From assembly GCA_963713825.1 (NCBI GenBank), contig CAVQNG010000003.1:256001-320000 (forward strand): a stretch of DNA of 64,000 nucleotides. The letters run 5' to 3'. The position numbers and the translations under genes are program-made. The notes under the pieces are model-generated. The model saw nothing but the letters and a program-made list of their open reading frames with translations. It did not search any database and was not told where the DNA came from. The stretch is from an uncultured Acidobacteriota bacterium. Its GTDB lineage: Bacteria; Acidobacteriota; Thermoanaerobaculia; Multivoradales; JAHEKO01. Shown piece by piece: positions 50,735 to 60,562 of this stretch (positions within the stretch are counted from its first letter, which is position 1; every line of letters starts with the position of its first letter).

Positions 50735-51511
50735 CTACGCTTGTGATGTCTCTCCCGAGACCCATACCGTTGCGGTGACTCGGGTCTCGAATCCGAGGCT
50801 CTCGTAGAGCCGGTAGCCAGCCGGGGTCGCACCCAGGAAGAACCGGCGAGCGCCCTGCGACCTCGCCTCGGCGATCGCCGTCGACAGCAGGCGTCGGCCA
50901 ATGCCGCCCTTCTGCATCTCGGGATCCGTACCCATGGCCCAGATCCCGGTCGTGTCACCGTGGTAGGTAAGAGTGACGGACCCGACTCCACGATCTTCGA
51001 TGCTGGCAAGGAAGACGTCTACCCCTGGGCCCTCCAAGAGGGAGGCTGGCATGGCCCGCAGAACGGAGTCCTCTGGCATATTGAAAGCAGCGCAGAGCAC
51101 TCGGGCGCTCTCCTGGGCTCCTGCTTTCCTGGACACTCGCTCGACAACGACCGCCTCGTTGCCAGCGGGCTCGATCGGCGAATCCTCGCGGACCATGAAT
51201 GGAAAGTCGACCGCATGCACGAGTCCGAGCCCAGCCGCCACTTCCTTGATCCGATCCCCCGCCTCCGGAAATACGATCGCCAGGAAGGGCAGCTCTCGGG
51301 ACAAGCAGGCTCGGCAGGAGTCCGCGAAGTGGTCCTCGCTCGCCCCACGCCCGACCACGATGCCGTTCAGATCAGCCACCGGCTCGTTGCACAGCGCCAT
51401 GGTGCAACCCGGGTGCGCCACGGCTTCGAACTTCTCGGATTCAGCAAGGAAGGAAACGAATGCCTCGGCTGTCAGTCGCCGCAGGACAGACTCCGTCAGG
51501 GGTTTCAACAT
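50735..51511 (-). CDS. GNAT acetyltransferase
   Basis: MGTDPEMQKGGIG, LGATPAGYRLYESLGF. Confidence 0.85.
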   Translation of the reverse strand: MLKPLTESVLRRLTAEAFVSFLAESEKFEAVAHPGCTMALCNEPVADLNGIVVGRGASEDHFADSCRACLSRELPFLAIVFPEAGDRIKEVAAGLGLVHAVDFPFMVREDSPIEPAGNEAVVVERVSRKAGAQESARVLCAAFNMPEDSVLRAMPASLLEGPGVDVFLASIEDRGVGSVTLTYHGDTTGIWAMGTDPEMQKGGIGRRLLSTAIAEARSQGARRFFLGATPAGYRLYESLGFETRVTATVWVSGETSQA

Positions 51512-51572
51512 GTCGAGCGAGCCTCCATGGTGATGAGATCGGTGGTCCTGCCGCAACGGATTACTCCCGCCC

Positions 51573-53123
51573 TCAGGGTGTTTCCCCAGCGCCCGACGTG
51601 CGCTCGATGAACCGCTCCAACGTCTCTTTCCACTGCCCCAGCAGGGACTGCTCGACATACATCATGTGACCGGCGGCGAAGTCGGCCCGTTCGATGTTGT
51701 CCCGCAGATCGGGCGGCAAATTCAGATTGTCCATCGTCCATACAGCGGCAAAATAGGGAGTCGCCAGATCGTAGATTCCGTTGACCAGCAGCACCTCCAG
51801 GCGTGGATTCCGCGTCAGCGCTGTGGCCAGGTCCGGGGCGACATTCGGAACTCCTCCCAGGCCAAACCCGATGTGCGCGTCTTCTCGATCGAAGTTCCAC
51901 GGTCTCGCCATTCCACTCGGCACGTACTCCCTTTCGCCGTCGTAGCCGAGCTCGGATCGTACGTAGGCATTGAACGCCGAGGTGTAGGCGGAGGCGATGG
52001 CACTGGATTGCGGGTCGTGCGAGGGGCGAAGCTCCAATAGGTCCCCGGTCGGGCCGGTAAACCTCGCGTCGAGGCGCCCTACAACCAGACCCTGGCTTCG
52101 CAGCAGCTCCTTCTCGAACTCCGGTGCCGTCACTCTCAGATTCGACTTATCGAGGTACTCAGGCGACAGCCCTGTGTACTGGTGCATCTGCTCGATGACG
52201 GCCGCCCGGCGGCCCGGATCCACCGCGCTGCCAGCCATCAGCACCGCCGCATAGTCGGACAACACCCAGTCTTCGACCTCCTTCATGAAGGCCCCGAGAT
52301 CCGCTGGCTTGCCCCCGGGCAGCGCGTCCAGGTACTCGGCCGTCACCGCGAACGACGGAACGTTGAGAATGTAGGGCATGATCGCGCCGTCAGGAAACAG
52401 GATGGTGTTGAAGTCGAGCACCGCCGACACCAGTACGATCCCATTGAGGTCGATGTTGGCGCGTTGGAGATGGCGCGCGAGCACCGCGGAACGGGTGGTG
52501 CCGTAGCTTTCGCCGAGGAGGTACCGGGGCGAGTTCCAGCGGCTGTGCTGGCTCAAGAAGCGGCGGATGAATTGCGTCAACGAACGGGCGTCTTCATCCA
52601 GACCCCAGAAGTCCTCGCCTTTCGCCTCACCGGCCGGCCGGCTGAATCCCGTACCCACAGGATCGATCATCACGATGTCGGCCTGGTTGAGAAGCGTGTA
52701 TTGATTGTCTTCCATGGGATAGGGAGGCGGAGCTTGCTGCCCGACGATCGGTGTGACTACCCGGCGCGGCCCCATGATTCCCATATGGAGCCAGAACGAT
52801 GCCGAGCCTGGTCCACCGTTGTAGGCGAAGATCAACGGACGGTTCGCAGACTCGGAGCCATTCGTCCGGAAGTAGGCGGTGTAGAAGAGCTCTGCGGTGG
52901 CCTTCTCCTTGTCGTCGCGCAAGATGATGCTGCCAACCTCGGCGTCATAGGCGACCGTCTCAGCACCCACCGTTATGGAGTGGCTACTGGTCCAGTTCGA
53001 CGGCTCGGGCTCCGGAGTCGGAGCTTGCGTTGGTGCTGGAGCCGCTGCCTTCTCTTCCTGGGTCAAACCAACGGCTGGAATGGTGGCGATCATCAGGACC
53101 GCTAGCAGTGCAGACTTCTTCAT
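51573..53123 (-). CDS. Secreted serine carboxypeptidase (S10)
   Basis: YNGGPGSAS, IDPVGTGFS, GESYG, GHMMY; signal peptide begins at ATG 53123. Confidence 0.93.
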   Translation of the reverse strand: MKKSALLAVLMIATIPAVGLTQEEKAAAPAPTQAPTPEPEPSNWTSSHSITVGAETVAYDAEVGSIILRDDKEKATAELFYTAYFRTNGSESANRPLIFAYNGGPGSASFWLHMGIMGPRRVVTPIVGQQAPPPYPMEDNQYTLLNQADIVMIDPVGTGFSRPAGEAKGEDFWGLDEDARSLTQFIRRFLSQHSRWNSPRYLLGESYGTTRSAVLARHLQRANIDLNGIVLVSAVLDFNTILFPDGAIMPYILNVPSFAVTAEYLDALPGGKPADLGAFMKEVEDWVLSDYAAVLMAGSAVDPGRRAAVIEQMHQYTGLSPEYLDKSNLRVTAPEFEKELLRSQGLVVGRLDARFTGPTGDLLELRPSHDPQSSAIASAYTSAFNAYVRSELGYDGEREYVPSGMARPWNFDREDAHIGFGLGGVPNVAPDLATALTRNPRLEVLLVNGIYDLATPYFAAVWTMDNLNLPPDLRDNIERADFAAGHMMYVEQSLLGQWKETLERFIERTSGAGETP

Positions 53124-53327
53124 CGATTCTCCTCTTTTCGGATCGCTGAACAAGATCTCTCGATATCCAACAGGGGGTTGCGTGGAGGGCTCATAGTACT
53201 GGACCATCGCGGTCATTGGGTACAGAAATGTCGATGAAGACAGCCACCCCCCCGGTTTGGACATCCTGTGGCGATCCCTTACAGTCGGAGTCCGTCTCTC
53301 CATCTTTTGCAGCGAAAGGAAATGAAT

Positions 53328-53858
53328 ATGATGTCCCTCAGTTTCAGGAGCCGTGCAATTCGTCTCGGGACTTTGGTTGTCCCCGTACTCGTGGGCCTGG
53401 GACTCCTCGCCGCAGAAGCCAGGGCTGGAGACTCGGCAGAGGAACAGAAGGTGCTCGAGACCGTTCAGCGGTTCTTCGACGCGATGGCCGACCGTGACGC
53501 CGAGGCCGCACGCGAGGTGACGGTCCCCGAAGGGCGCTTCTTCTCGTTGCGGCAGGAGAATGGCGAGACGATGATGCGATCGTCGACCAACGAAGAGTTC
53601 GCGCAGGGTCTGGAGACCCAGGAGCGGGATCTCCTCGAGCGTTTCTGGGAGCCCGAGGTCCGAATCCATGGCGGCATCGCGACGGTATGGACACCCTACG
53701 ACTTCTTCCTGGACGGAGAGTTTCACCACTGTGGCATCGATGCCTTCGACCTCTTGAACGACGGCACCGGCTGGAAGATCACCGGTGGCGTCTACACCGT
53801 CGAGACGTCCGGATGCCCGGACAGCCCACTGGGGCCTCCTGCGAAAGACATTGAGTAG
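53328..53858 (+). CDS. Secreted NTF2-like protein
   Basis: FFDAM, IATVWTPYDF..DG.FHHCGIDAF, GWKI. Confidence 0.8.
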   Translation: MMSLSFRSRAIRLGTLVVPVLVGLGLLAAEARAGDSAEEQKVLETVQRFFDAMADRDAEAAREVTVPEGRFFSLRQENGETMMRSSTNEEFAQGLETQERDLLERFWEPEVRIHGGIATVWTPYDFFLDGEFHHCGIDAFDLLNDGTGWKITGGVYTVETSGCPDSPLGPPAKDIE

Positions 53859-53945
53859 AATGTTCTGGCTTCCCCTGGAGAAGTCGAAGAACGGGACACG
53901 GCACGGCCTGCAAGGGGCGCGCTTTCGCTCCGATCGACCTGACTG

Positions 53946-56126
53946 ATGATCGGCACCACACTCGCGCACTACTCGATCACCGCCAAGCTCGGTCAGGGCG
54001 GCATGGGCGAGGTCTACCGGGCCGAGGACACGAAGCTCGGCCGCGATGTCGCTCTCAAGGTGTTGCCGCCCGACATGGCCGCCGATCGAGACCGCCTGGA
54101 GAGGTTCCGCCGCGAAGCGACGACCGTCGCCGCCCTCAACCACCCCAACATCGTCACCATCTATTCTGTCGAGCAAGAGATAGTCGAGGACCCAGGACTC
54201 GAGCCCCAGGACCCAAGCCTGGAAGGTCTGGCAACGCCAGGCTCTTCCACCATCCACTTCCTAACCATGGAGCTCGTCGAGGGCAAGACCCTCGATGCTC
54301 TTCTCCCGTCGGGCGGCTTGTCTCTGGAGCGCTTCTTCGACCTGGCAACGCCGATCGCCGACGCACTTGCCAACGCTCATGCTCGCGGCATCGTCCATCG
54401 GGACCTCAAACCGGCCAACGTCATGGTGACCGACGAAGGCGGACGGGTGAAAGTGCTCGACTTCGGCCTCGCCAAGTTGAGTGAGGGCGTGGTAGCGGAC
54501 GGGACCACCGAGCTTCCCACCGAAGCGTTGACACAGGCCGGTCTCGTGGTCGGCACCCCACACTACATGTCCCCCGAGCAGGCCAAGGGCGAGGGTGTCG
54601 ACCCCCGATCGGACATCTTCTCGCTCGGCGTCATGCTCTTCGAGATGGCGACCGGCCAGCGGCCGTTTCAGGGTGCCAGCTCGGTGGAGCTGCTCTCCGC
54701 CGTCCTCAAAGACACGCCCCCGCTGCTGACTGAGATCAAGCCCGAGCTGCCTCGTCATCTCGGACGCATCCTCGGCAGATGTCTCGAAAAGGCCCCAGCC
54801 GACCGGTTCCAGACCGCGCAAGACGTCTTCAACGAGCTCAAGTCTCTGCGCAAGGAGACCAGCTCGGGCACGGCTCCGGCGGTGAGCTCCCACTCAGCGA
54901 TGCGGCGTTCCGAAGTCGAGATCCCGTGGATCGCGGTGCTGCCGCTCAAGTGCAAGTCTGCGGATCCGGAATTGGAGGACTTCGCCGACGGTCTGGCCGA
55001 GGACATCACCACCGCCCTGTCCCGCTTTTCCTATCTCATGGTGATCTCGAGGAACTCGGTTCAGAACCTCGATGCGCAATCGATGGATGTGCGCCAGGTC
55101 GGCCAGGAACTGGGAGCTCGCTACGTCATGGAAGGCGCCGTTCGCAAGGCTGGCCCGAAGATTCGCGCCAGCGTGAAGCTGCTCGACGCCCAGACCGGGA
55201 CCCATCTCTGGGCTGAGAGCTTCGATCGCAACCTGGAGAAAGCCGACATCTTCGAGGTGCAGGACGACATCACAGACCGGGTGGTGGCCACCGTGGCCGA
55301 CCCGCACGGGGTTCTCGCCCGCTCGATGGCCGCTCCAATGGACTCCAGGGCTGCCGAAACGTTGACCCCCTACGAGGCGGTCCTGCGGTTTTTCCTCTAC
55401 CAGCAACGGGTCAGTCCGGAAGATCACCTTCCGACCCGGATCGCTCTCGAACGGGCAGTCGAGCTCGAGCCGGGATACTCCGATGCCTGGGCCGCACTCA
55501 CAATCGTGTTGCTGGACGAGGACCGGCATTCCTTCAATCCCCGCCCGAATGCCCTGGACCGCGCTCTGGCAGCGGCACAACGAGCCGTCGACCTCGATGC
55601 AGCCAACCCGCTGGCCCACTTCGCCCTGGCTCACGCCTACTACTACCGGCAGGACTTGGGAGCTTTCCGTTCCGCCGCCGAGCGCACCATCGCGCTCAAC
55701 CAAAGAGACGGAAACTCCAAGGCGATGCTGGGCATCCTGATGGGTTACGCCGGGGACTGGGAACGGGGTGTCGAGCTGACGACCAGCGCCATGGAGCGCA
55801 ATCCGCACCACCCCGGGTGGTATCGCTTCACGACGTTCTTCGACGCGTACCGCCAGGAGCGGTACGCCGAAGCCCTGGAGATCGCCCAGAAGATCAACAT
55901 GCCCGACTACTTCGCCTCGCACTACGCGCTGGCGATCGCCCATGCGCAACTAGGCAACAAGACCGAAGCCAAGCAAGCGACCGACGCGGTTCGACGTCTC
56001 TGGCCAGGGTTCGAGCAGGAGATCTACGGCGGGCACCTGGAGAAGTGGATGTTCGCTCAGCCCGACCTGATCAGCCACATCGTCGAGGGTCTGGAGAAAG
56101 CAGGTCTGGCTGTGAGGCGACCCTGA
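53946..56126 (+). CDS. Ser/Thr protein kinase with TolB-like and TPR domains
   Basis: LGQGGMGEVY, HRDLKPAN, DFG, GTPHYMSPEQ; IAVLPL..FADGLAEDI, HLWAESFDR; TPRs. Confidence 0.93.
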   Translation: MIGTTLAHYSITAKLGQGGMGEVYRAEDTKLGRDVALKVLPPDMAADRDRLERFRREATTVAALNHPNIVTIYSVEQEIVEDPGLEPQDPSLEGLATPGSSTIHFLTMELVEGKTLDALLPSGGLSLERFFDLATPIADALANAHARGIVHRDLKPANVMVTDEGGRVKVLDFGLAKLSEGVVADGTTELPTEALTQAGLVVGTPHYMSPEQAKGEGVDPRSDIFSLGVMLFEMATGQRPFQGASSVELLSAVLKDTPPLLTEIKPELPRHLGRILGRCLEKAPADRFQTAQDVFNELKSLRKETSSGTAPAVSSHSAMRRSEVEIPWIAVLPLKCKSADPELEDFADGLAEDITTALSRFSYLMVISRNSVQNLDAQSMDVRQVGQELGARYVMEGAVRKAGPKIRASVKLLDAQTGTHLWAESFDRNLEKADIFEVQDDITDRVVATVADPHGVLARSMAAPMDSRAAETLTPYEAVLRFFLYQQRVSPEDHLPTRIALERAVELEPGYSDAWAALTIVLLDEDRHSFNPRPNALDRALAAAQRAVDLDAANPLAHFALAHAYYYRQDLGAFRSAAERTIALNQRDGNSKAMLGILMGYAGDWERGVELTTSAMERNPHHPGWYRFTTFFDAYRQERYAEALEIAQKINMPDYFASHYALAIAHAQLGNKTEAKQATDAVRRLWPGFEQEIYGGHLEKWMFAQPDLISHIVEGLEKAGLAVRRP

Positions 56127-56290
56127 CCGACGAAAGACGCTTCGTCGACCTGTTTCGCCGAGAGTCAGTTCGACAAGATCCTCAGAAAGTCCCTGCACTA
56201 GCATTCTGAGAGCCCCCCAAGCAGGGGTACATAGTCACTCTCGATGGCGGTATCATGCCTCGAGCCTGCGGGCCGGAGGGATGAACCGCG

Positions 56291-57733
56291 ATGCCATCTG
56301 AAACCCCGTCACTGCCGAGCTTCATGGAGAGGAAAGAGGTCGACTCGCTCGTTGGTTCGATCAAGACCCACTCCCTGGTCGCTCGCCCCACCAATGTCGA
56401 TCAGTGCCGTGAAGCGCTGGTCTACTGCCAACAAAACGGATTGAAGATCTGCCCGCGCGGTGCGGGACGGAGCTATGGGGACGAGGCTCTCCTCGATGGT
56501 CAGGTCTTGCTCGACATCAGTGCCATGAATCGGATCCTCGACTTCGACGAGGAGAAGGCTCAGGTCACTGTCGAAGCCGGAGCTCGACTCATCGACATCT
56601 ACGAGCAGGTCCACTATCGCAATCTGACGCTTCCCTCGAGCCCGACGGAATCTCATTCCACCGTCTCCGGAGCCATCTCTGCCAACGTCAATGGCAAGGA
56701 TGCCTGGAAGCAAGGTAGCTTCGCGTATCAGGTGGTTCGACTCTCGATGCTCACGGCTGACGGCGAGACGATCGAGATCGATCGCTCCCATGAGCTTTTC
56801 AATGTCGTCGTCAGCGGCATCGGGCTGACCGGCATCATCCTGGATGCCACTCTCCAGCTCAAGTCGATCCCGTCGCCCTACCTCGAAGTCCATCGATACC
56901 CGGCGGCCAACGTCGATGATCTCCTCGAGACAATGGCCCACGTCGAAGAGTCTTACGACCTTGCCGTGGTCTGGATGGATGCCTATGCCCGTGGAGAGAA
57001 AACGGGACGGTCCGTGATTCACGCCGCAAAGTGGACCGGGGATGATGCCACCGAAGCCGAGCGCAAGGCCTACCTCGACGCCGGCTACGAGCGGCTCGAC
57101 AAGCACCGACGACTCGGTCTCGGCCTTCACGAGGCCTTCGGTCCGCTGCTGTCGCTCATGCTCTACGCCCAGAAGCCCATGCTGCATGTCTTCAACCGGC
57201 TCTACTACGCCATGAGCCGCTTCACGTCCGGCAACGGAGACTCCTCGAAGAAGGAGCTCTTCTTGCAATTCAGCTTCGCGGCCAGCTTCACGGTGCCTCC
57301 AGCCCACCTGGTGTGCGGGGCACGCGGCTACACCGTCCAACTCACCTTTCCCAGAGCGCAGGCACGCGACGCGATCATCGAGCTGATGGGGATCTGCCAG
57401 TCGTCACCTTCCCCGCCGGTCACGACGATTCTGCGAGCCCACAAATCAGACGACGGTCTGCTGTCGTTCTCGGAAGACGGCTACAGCCTCAACTTCGAGT
57501 TCCACCCGAAGAAGCACAATGAAGTCGAAAGCCGCCAGGCGGTCGACCGCATCATCGACGCAACAGCGAAGCGCGGCGGCAAGATTCACCTGGCGAAAGA
57601 CCAGGTCATGAGACCCGCTCAGTTCTGCCGCATCTACCCGCGCTATGGAGAGCTCTTGGAGATCAAGTCCCGACTCGATCCGGAGGGTCTGTTCACGTCC
57701 GACCTGGCACGGCGCGTCGGTCTCACTCCGTGA
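56291..57733 (+). CDS. FAD-binding oxidoreductase, DprE1-like
   Basis: RGAGRSYGD, TVSGAISANVNGK, GIGLTGII, GGKIHLAKD, DP..LFTSDLARR. Confidence 0.85.
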   Translation: MPSETPSLPSFMERKEVDSLVGSIKTHSLVARPTNVDQCREALVYCQQNGLKICPRGAGRSYGDEALLDGQVLLDISAMNRILDFDEEKAQVTVEAGARLIDIYEQVHYRNLTLPSSPTESHSTVSGAISANVNGKDAWKQGSFAYQVVRLSMLTADGETIEIDRSHELFNVVVSGIGLTGIILDATLQLKSIPSPYLEVHRYPAANVDDLLETMAHVEESYDLAVVWMDAYARGEKTGRSVIHAAKWTGDDATEAERKAYLDAGYERLDKHRRLGLGLHEAFGPLLSLMLYAQKPMLHVFNRLYYAMSRFTSGNGDSSKKELFLQFSFAASFTVPPAHLVCGARGYTVQLTFPRAQARDAIIELMGICQSSPSPPVTTILRAHKSDDGLLSFSEDGYSLNFEFHPKKHNEVESRQAVDRIIDATAKRGGKIHLAKDQVMRPAQFCRIYPRYGELLEIKSRLDPEGLFTSDLARRVGLTP

Positions 57734-57819
57734 ACTCGGTAAAGTACAAGTAGGTAAGCCTCTCAGAGCTGGCATATAGCTGCATACAAACGCGAATCCT
57801 TCGCATGGAGGGGAAGCTC

Positions 57820-60411
57820 ATGAAACATCACCTTCGCTCGGTAGTCAGACTTCGTCTGCTCCAGGTGCTGCTGATCGGCGGCATCCTGGTTGCACCCCTT
57901 GCCGCCGCAGCCGAGATCACGACACCCGAGGAGTTCTTTGGATTTCAGATGGGCGCTGACAAGAAGATGGCTCGCTGGGACAAAATCGTCGAGTACTTCG
58001 AGCTCCTCGAGACCCAGAGCGACAGGATCCAGGTGACCGACCTGGGGCCCTCGACCGAAGGCAATCCCTACCTGCTCGTCATCATCTCCTCCGAGGAGAA
58101 CATGGCGAACCTCGAGAGGCTGCGGGAGATCAGTCGCTCGCTGGGCGACCCGAGAGGCATCCCGGAGGAGGAGATCCTGGAGCTCGTGGGAGAAGGCAAG
58201 GCAGTGGTCAGCCAATCGTATGGTCTCCATGCCACAGAGGTGGCAGGCACCCAAACCACTCCGGAATTGGCCTACGAATTCCTCACCCGCGACGACGACG
58301 AGGCTCTGCGGATCCTCGACAACACGATTCTCCTGATGTTCCCGTGCTTCAACCCCGACGGCCAGATCATGGTCACAGACTGGTACTACAAGAACCTGGG
58401 TACAGAGTACGAGGGTGTGAGCCTGCCCTGGCTCTACCACAAGTATGTCGGGCACGATAACAACCGGGATGGTGACTTCCTCAACATGATCGAGGCGGTC
58501 TACAACGCCAAGATCCTGTATCGGGACTGGAAGCCCCAGGCCTACGTCGACCACCACCAGATGGGCAGCTATGGGGCCCGGTTCTATGTGCCGCCCTACA
58601 GCGAGCCCATTCGGCCCTACGCCGATCCACTGATGTGGCGAGAGCTCTCCTGGTACGGCGCCCACATAGCGTACAAGCTGGAGGAGAAAGACCTGCCCGG
58701 CGTGCTCAACGCTGGCCAGTATCCGGGTTGGGGCCACTTCGGCTGGCACTGGATTACCCCGTTCCACAACATCGCCGGCATGCTCACCGAGGCGGCGAGC
58801 GCCAGCCTGGCAACGCCCCTCTATATCCATCCAGAGCAGCTTCGAGGCGGCGCTCGACAGTTTCCGGACTACGAGGCCCAGTCGACGATTCCAAGCCTTT
58901 GGGAAGGGGGCTGGTGGAGAGTGCGGGACATTATCGAGTATCAGAAAGTGGCATCCTGGGCGATTATGGATCTTGCAGCCAGAAACAGGGAGACGGTTCT
59001 CTGGAATGGCTACCTGAAGGCTAAACGACAGACGGAGCGTGGGGCCGAGGGAACACCCAAGGCCTACGTCATTCCCGCCTCCCAGCACGATCCCCTGACC
59101 GCCCGCCGGATGATCAACACGCTGATGCTCTCCGACATCGAGGTGCAGAAAGCGAGCACAGGGTTCTCGATCGATGGCATGCAGTACGGGGCTGGCTCTT
59201 ACGTGATCTCCCTCGCGCAGCCCAAGATGGGGATCATCAGGAACCTCCTCGGCGAGACGCACTACCCCGACAACGAGTGGACCCGGAGCCGAGACGGCGC
59301 GCCGCTCCGCCCCTACGACACCGCGACCCACACCATGGGCGAGCTCATGGGGGTGCGAGTCGATGCGGTAGACGGAGTCGTACCCGCTCTCCCGACGCTG
59401 ACGGGGCCGGAACCCATGCTTGGCAGCGTGCCTGCTGAGACATCGCTACTCGCCCTCGACGGCCGCCTGAACGCGAGCTTCAAGGCGGTCAATCTGCTTC
59501 TCGATCGAGGAGTGGCGGTGCGGCGAGTCGATCAGCCTGTCGAAGGGCTTCGTCAAGGGGACTTCGTGCTGAGTGGTGGCTCCGAAGAAATCCTCGACGA
59601 GGTATCCGAGTCGACCGGAGTGGACTTCACCGCCCTTGCCGCCGCACCGGAAGCGGGGCTACACGACGTGAAGCGGATGCGGGTGGGCATGTACCACCGG
59701 TACAGGGGCGGCAACATGGATGAAGGCTGGACTCGATTCCTTCTCGAACAGTTCGCCTTCCCCTACACATCTTTAAAGCCCGAAGAGATCAACCGGGGCA
59801 ACCTCGGGGCGAGTTACGACGTGATCGTCTTTCCCGACGACACGACGGCCATGATCACGGGAGACGAAGAAGAAGATTCGAACGCCTACTGGCCTACCCC
59901 GAACTACCCGCCTGAATATATGGGGGGAGTCGATGAGGCTGGCGTCGAGGCGCTCAAGACATTCGTCGAGGGCGGCGGCAGGCTCGTGACCCTTGGTGAA
60001 GCGACCGATTTCGCCATCGAGAAATTCGACCTCAAGGTCCGCAACGCCCTGGAGAAGATCGATTCCAAGGACTTCTACTGCCCGGGCTCGACCCTCGAGG
60101 CCAGGTTCGACAACTCCAACCCTTATGGCTACGGCATGCCCTCCGAGGGCCTCGTCCTATTCTGGAACAGCCCTGCTTTCGAAATCACGCCCTCCAGAGA
60201 CAACAACCGCTACGAGATCGTGGCGCGCTACGCCGATCGCGACCTCCTCCAGAGTGGCTGGCTCATCGGAGAGGAGCACCTGACCAAGAAAGCGGCAATG
60301 GTCTCCGCCCAGTTCGGTGAGGGTGAGGTCCTGCTGATCGGCTTTCCGGCCCAGCACCGAGCCCAGACCCACGGCACCTTCAAGCTGCTGTTCAACACGA
60401 TGCTGAGATAG
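57820..60411 (+). CDS. Secreted M14 zinc carboxypeptidase family protein
   Basis: LHATE, NPDG, HDNNRD, DHHQMG; C-terminal glutamine-amidotransferase-like domain MDEGWTR. Confidence 0.9.
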   Translation: MKHHLRSVVRLRLLQVLLIGGILVAPLAAAAEITTPEEFFGFQMGADKKMARWDKIVEYFELLETQSDRIQVTDLGPSTEGNPYLLVIISSEENMANLERLREISRSLGDPRGIPEEEILELVGEGKAVVSQSYGLHATEVAGTQTTPELAYEFLTRDDDEALRILDNTILLMFPCFNPDGQIMVTDWYYKNLGTEYEGVSLPWLYHKYVGHDNNRDGDFLNMIEAVYNAKILYRDWKPQAYVDHHQMGSYGARFYVPPYSEPIRPYADPLMWRELSWYGAHIAYKLEEKDLPGVLNAGQYPGWGHFGWHWITPFHNIAGMLTEAASASLATPLYIHPEQLRGGARQFPDYEAQSTIPSLWEGGWWRVRDIIEYQKVASWAIMDLAARNRETVLWNGYLKAKRQTERGAEGTPKAYVIPASQHDPLTARRMINTLMLSDIEVQKASTGFSIDGMQYGAGSYVISLAQPKMGIIRNLLGETHYPDNEWTRSRDGAPLRPYDTATHTMGELMGVRVDAVDGVVPALPTLTGPEPMLGSVPAETSLLALDGRLNASFKAVNLLLDRGVAVRRVDQPVEGLRQGDFVLSGGSEEILDEVSESTGVDFTALAAAPEAGLHDVKRMRVGMYHRYRGGNMDEGWTRFLLEQFAFPYTSLKPEEINRGNLGASYDVIVFPDDTTAMITGDEEEDSNAYWPTPNYPPEYMGGVDEAGVEALKTFVEGGGRLVTLGEATDFAIEKFDLKVRNALEKIDSKDFYCPGSTLEARFDNSNPYGYGMPSEGLVLFWNSPAFEITPSRDNNRYEIVARYADRDLLQSGWLIGEEHLTKKAAMVSAQFGEGEVLLIGFPAQHRAQTHGTFKLLFNTMLR

Positions 60412-60562
60412 CCGACATCAGAGGTCAAGAAGAGCACATCAGGACCTGCCTGCAGACTCTGGGAACCCATCGTTTCCTAGGATTCGTACCTGCCCGGACG
60501 GATGTTGACAACCTGAAATCGATCTGCCATACACCGCAAGTTGCGGCTATTGAGGAGGCGTC

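Noticed and set aside
51573-54257. 894-aa minus-strand ORF as a large fusion protein
   Set aside because: Only 51573-53123 is the S10 peptidase; the upstream part is antisense to the NTF2-like and kinase genes.
57769-57785. TGGCATATAGCTGCA as a sigma54 promoter
   Set aside because: Spacing is GG-N9-GC rather than the required N10.
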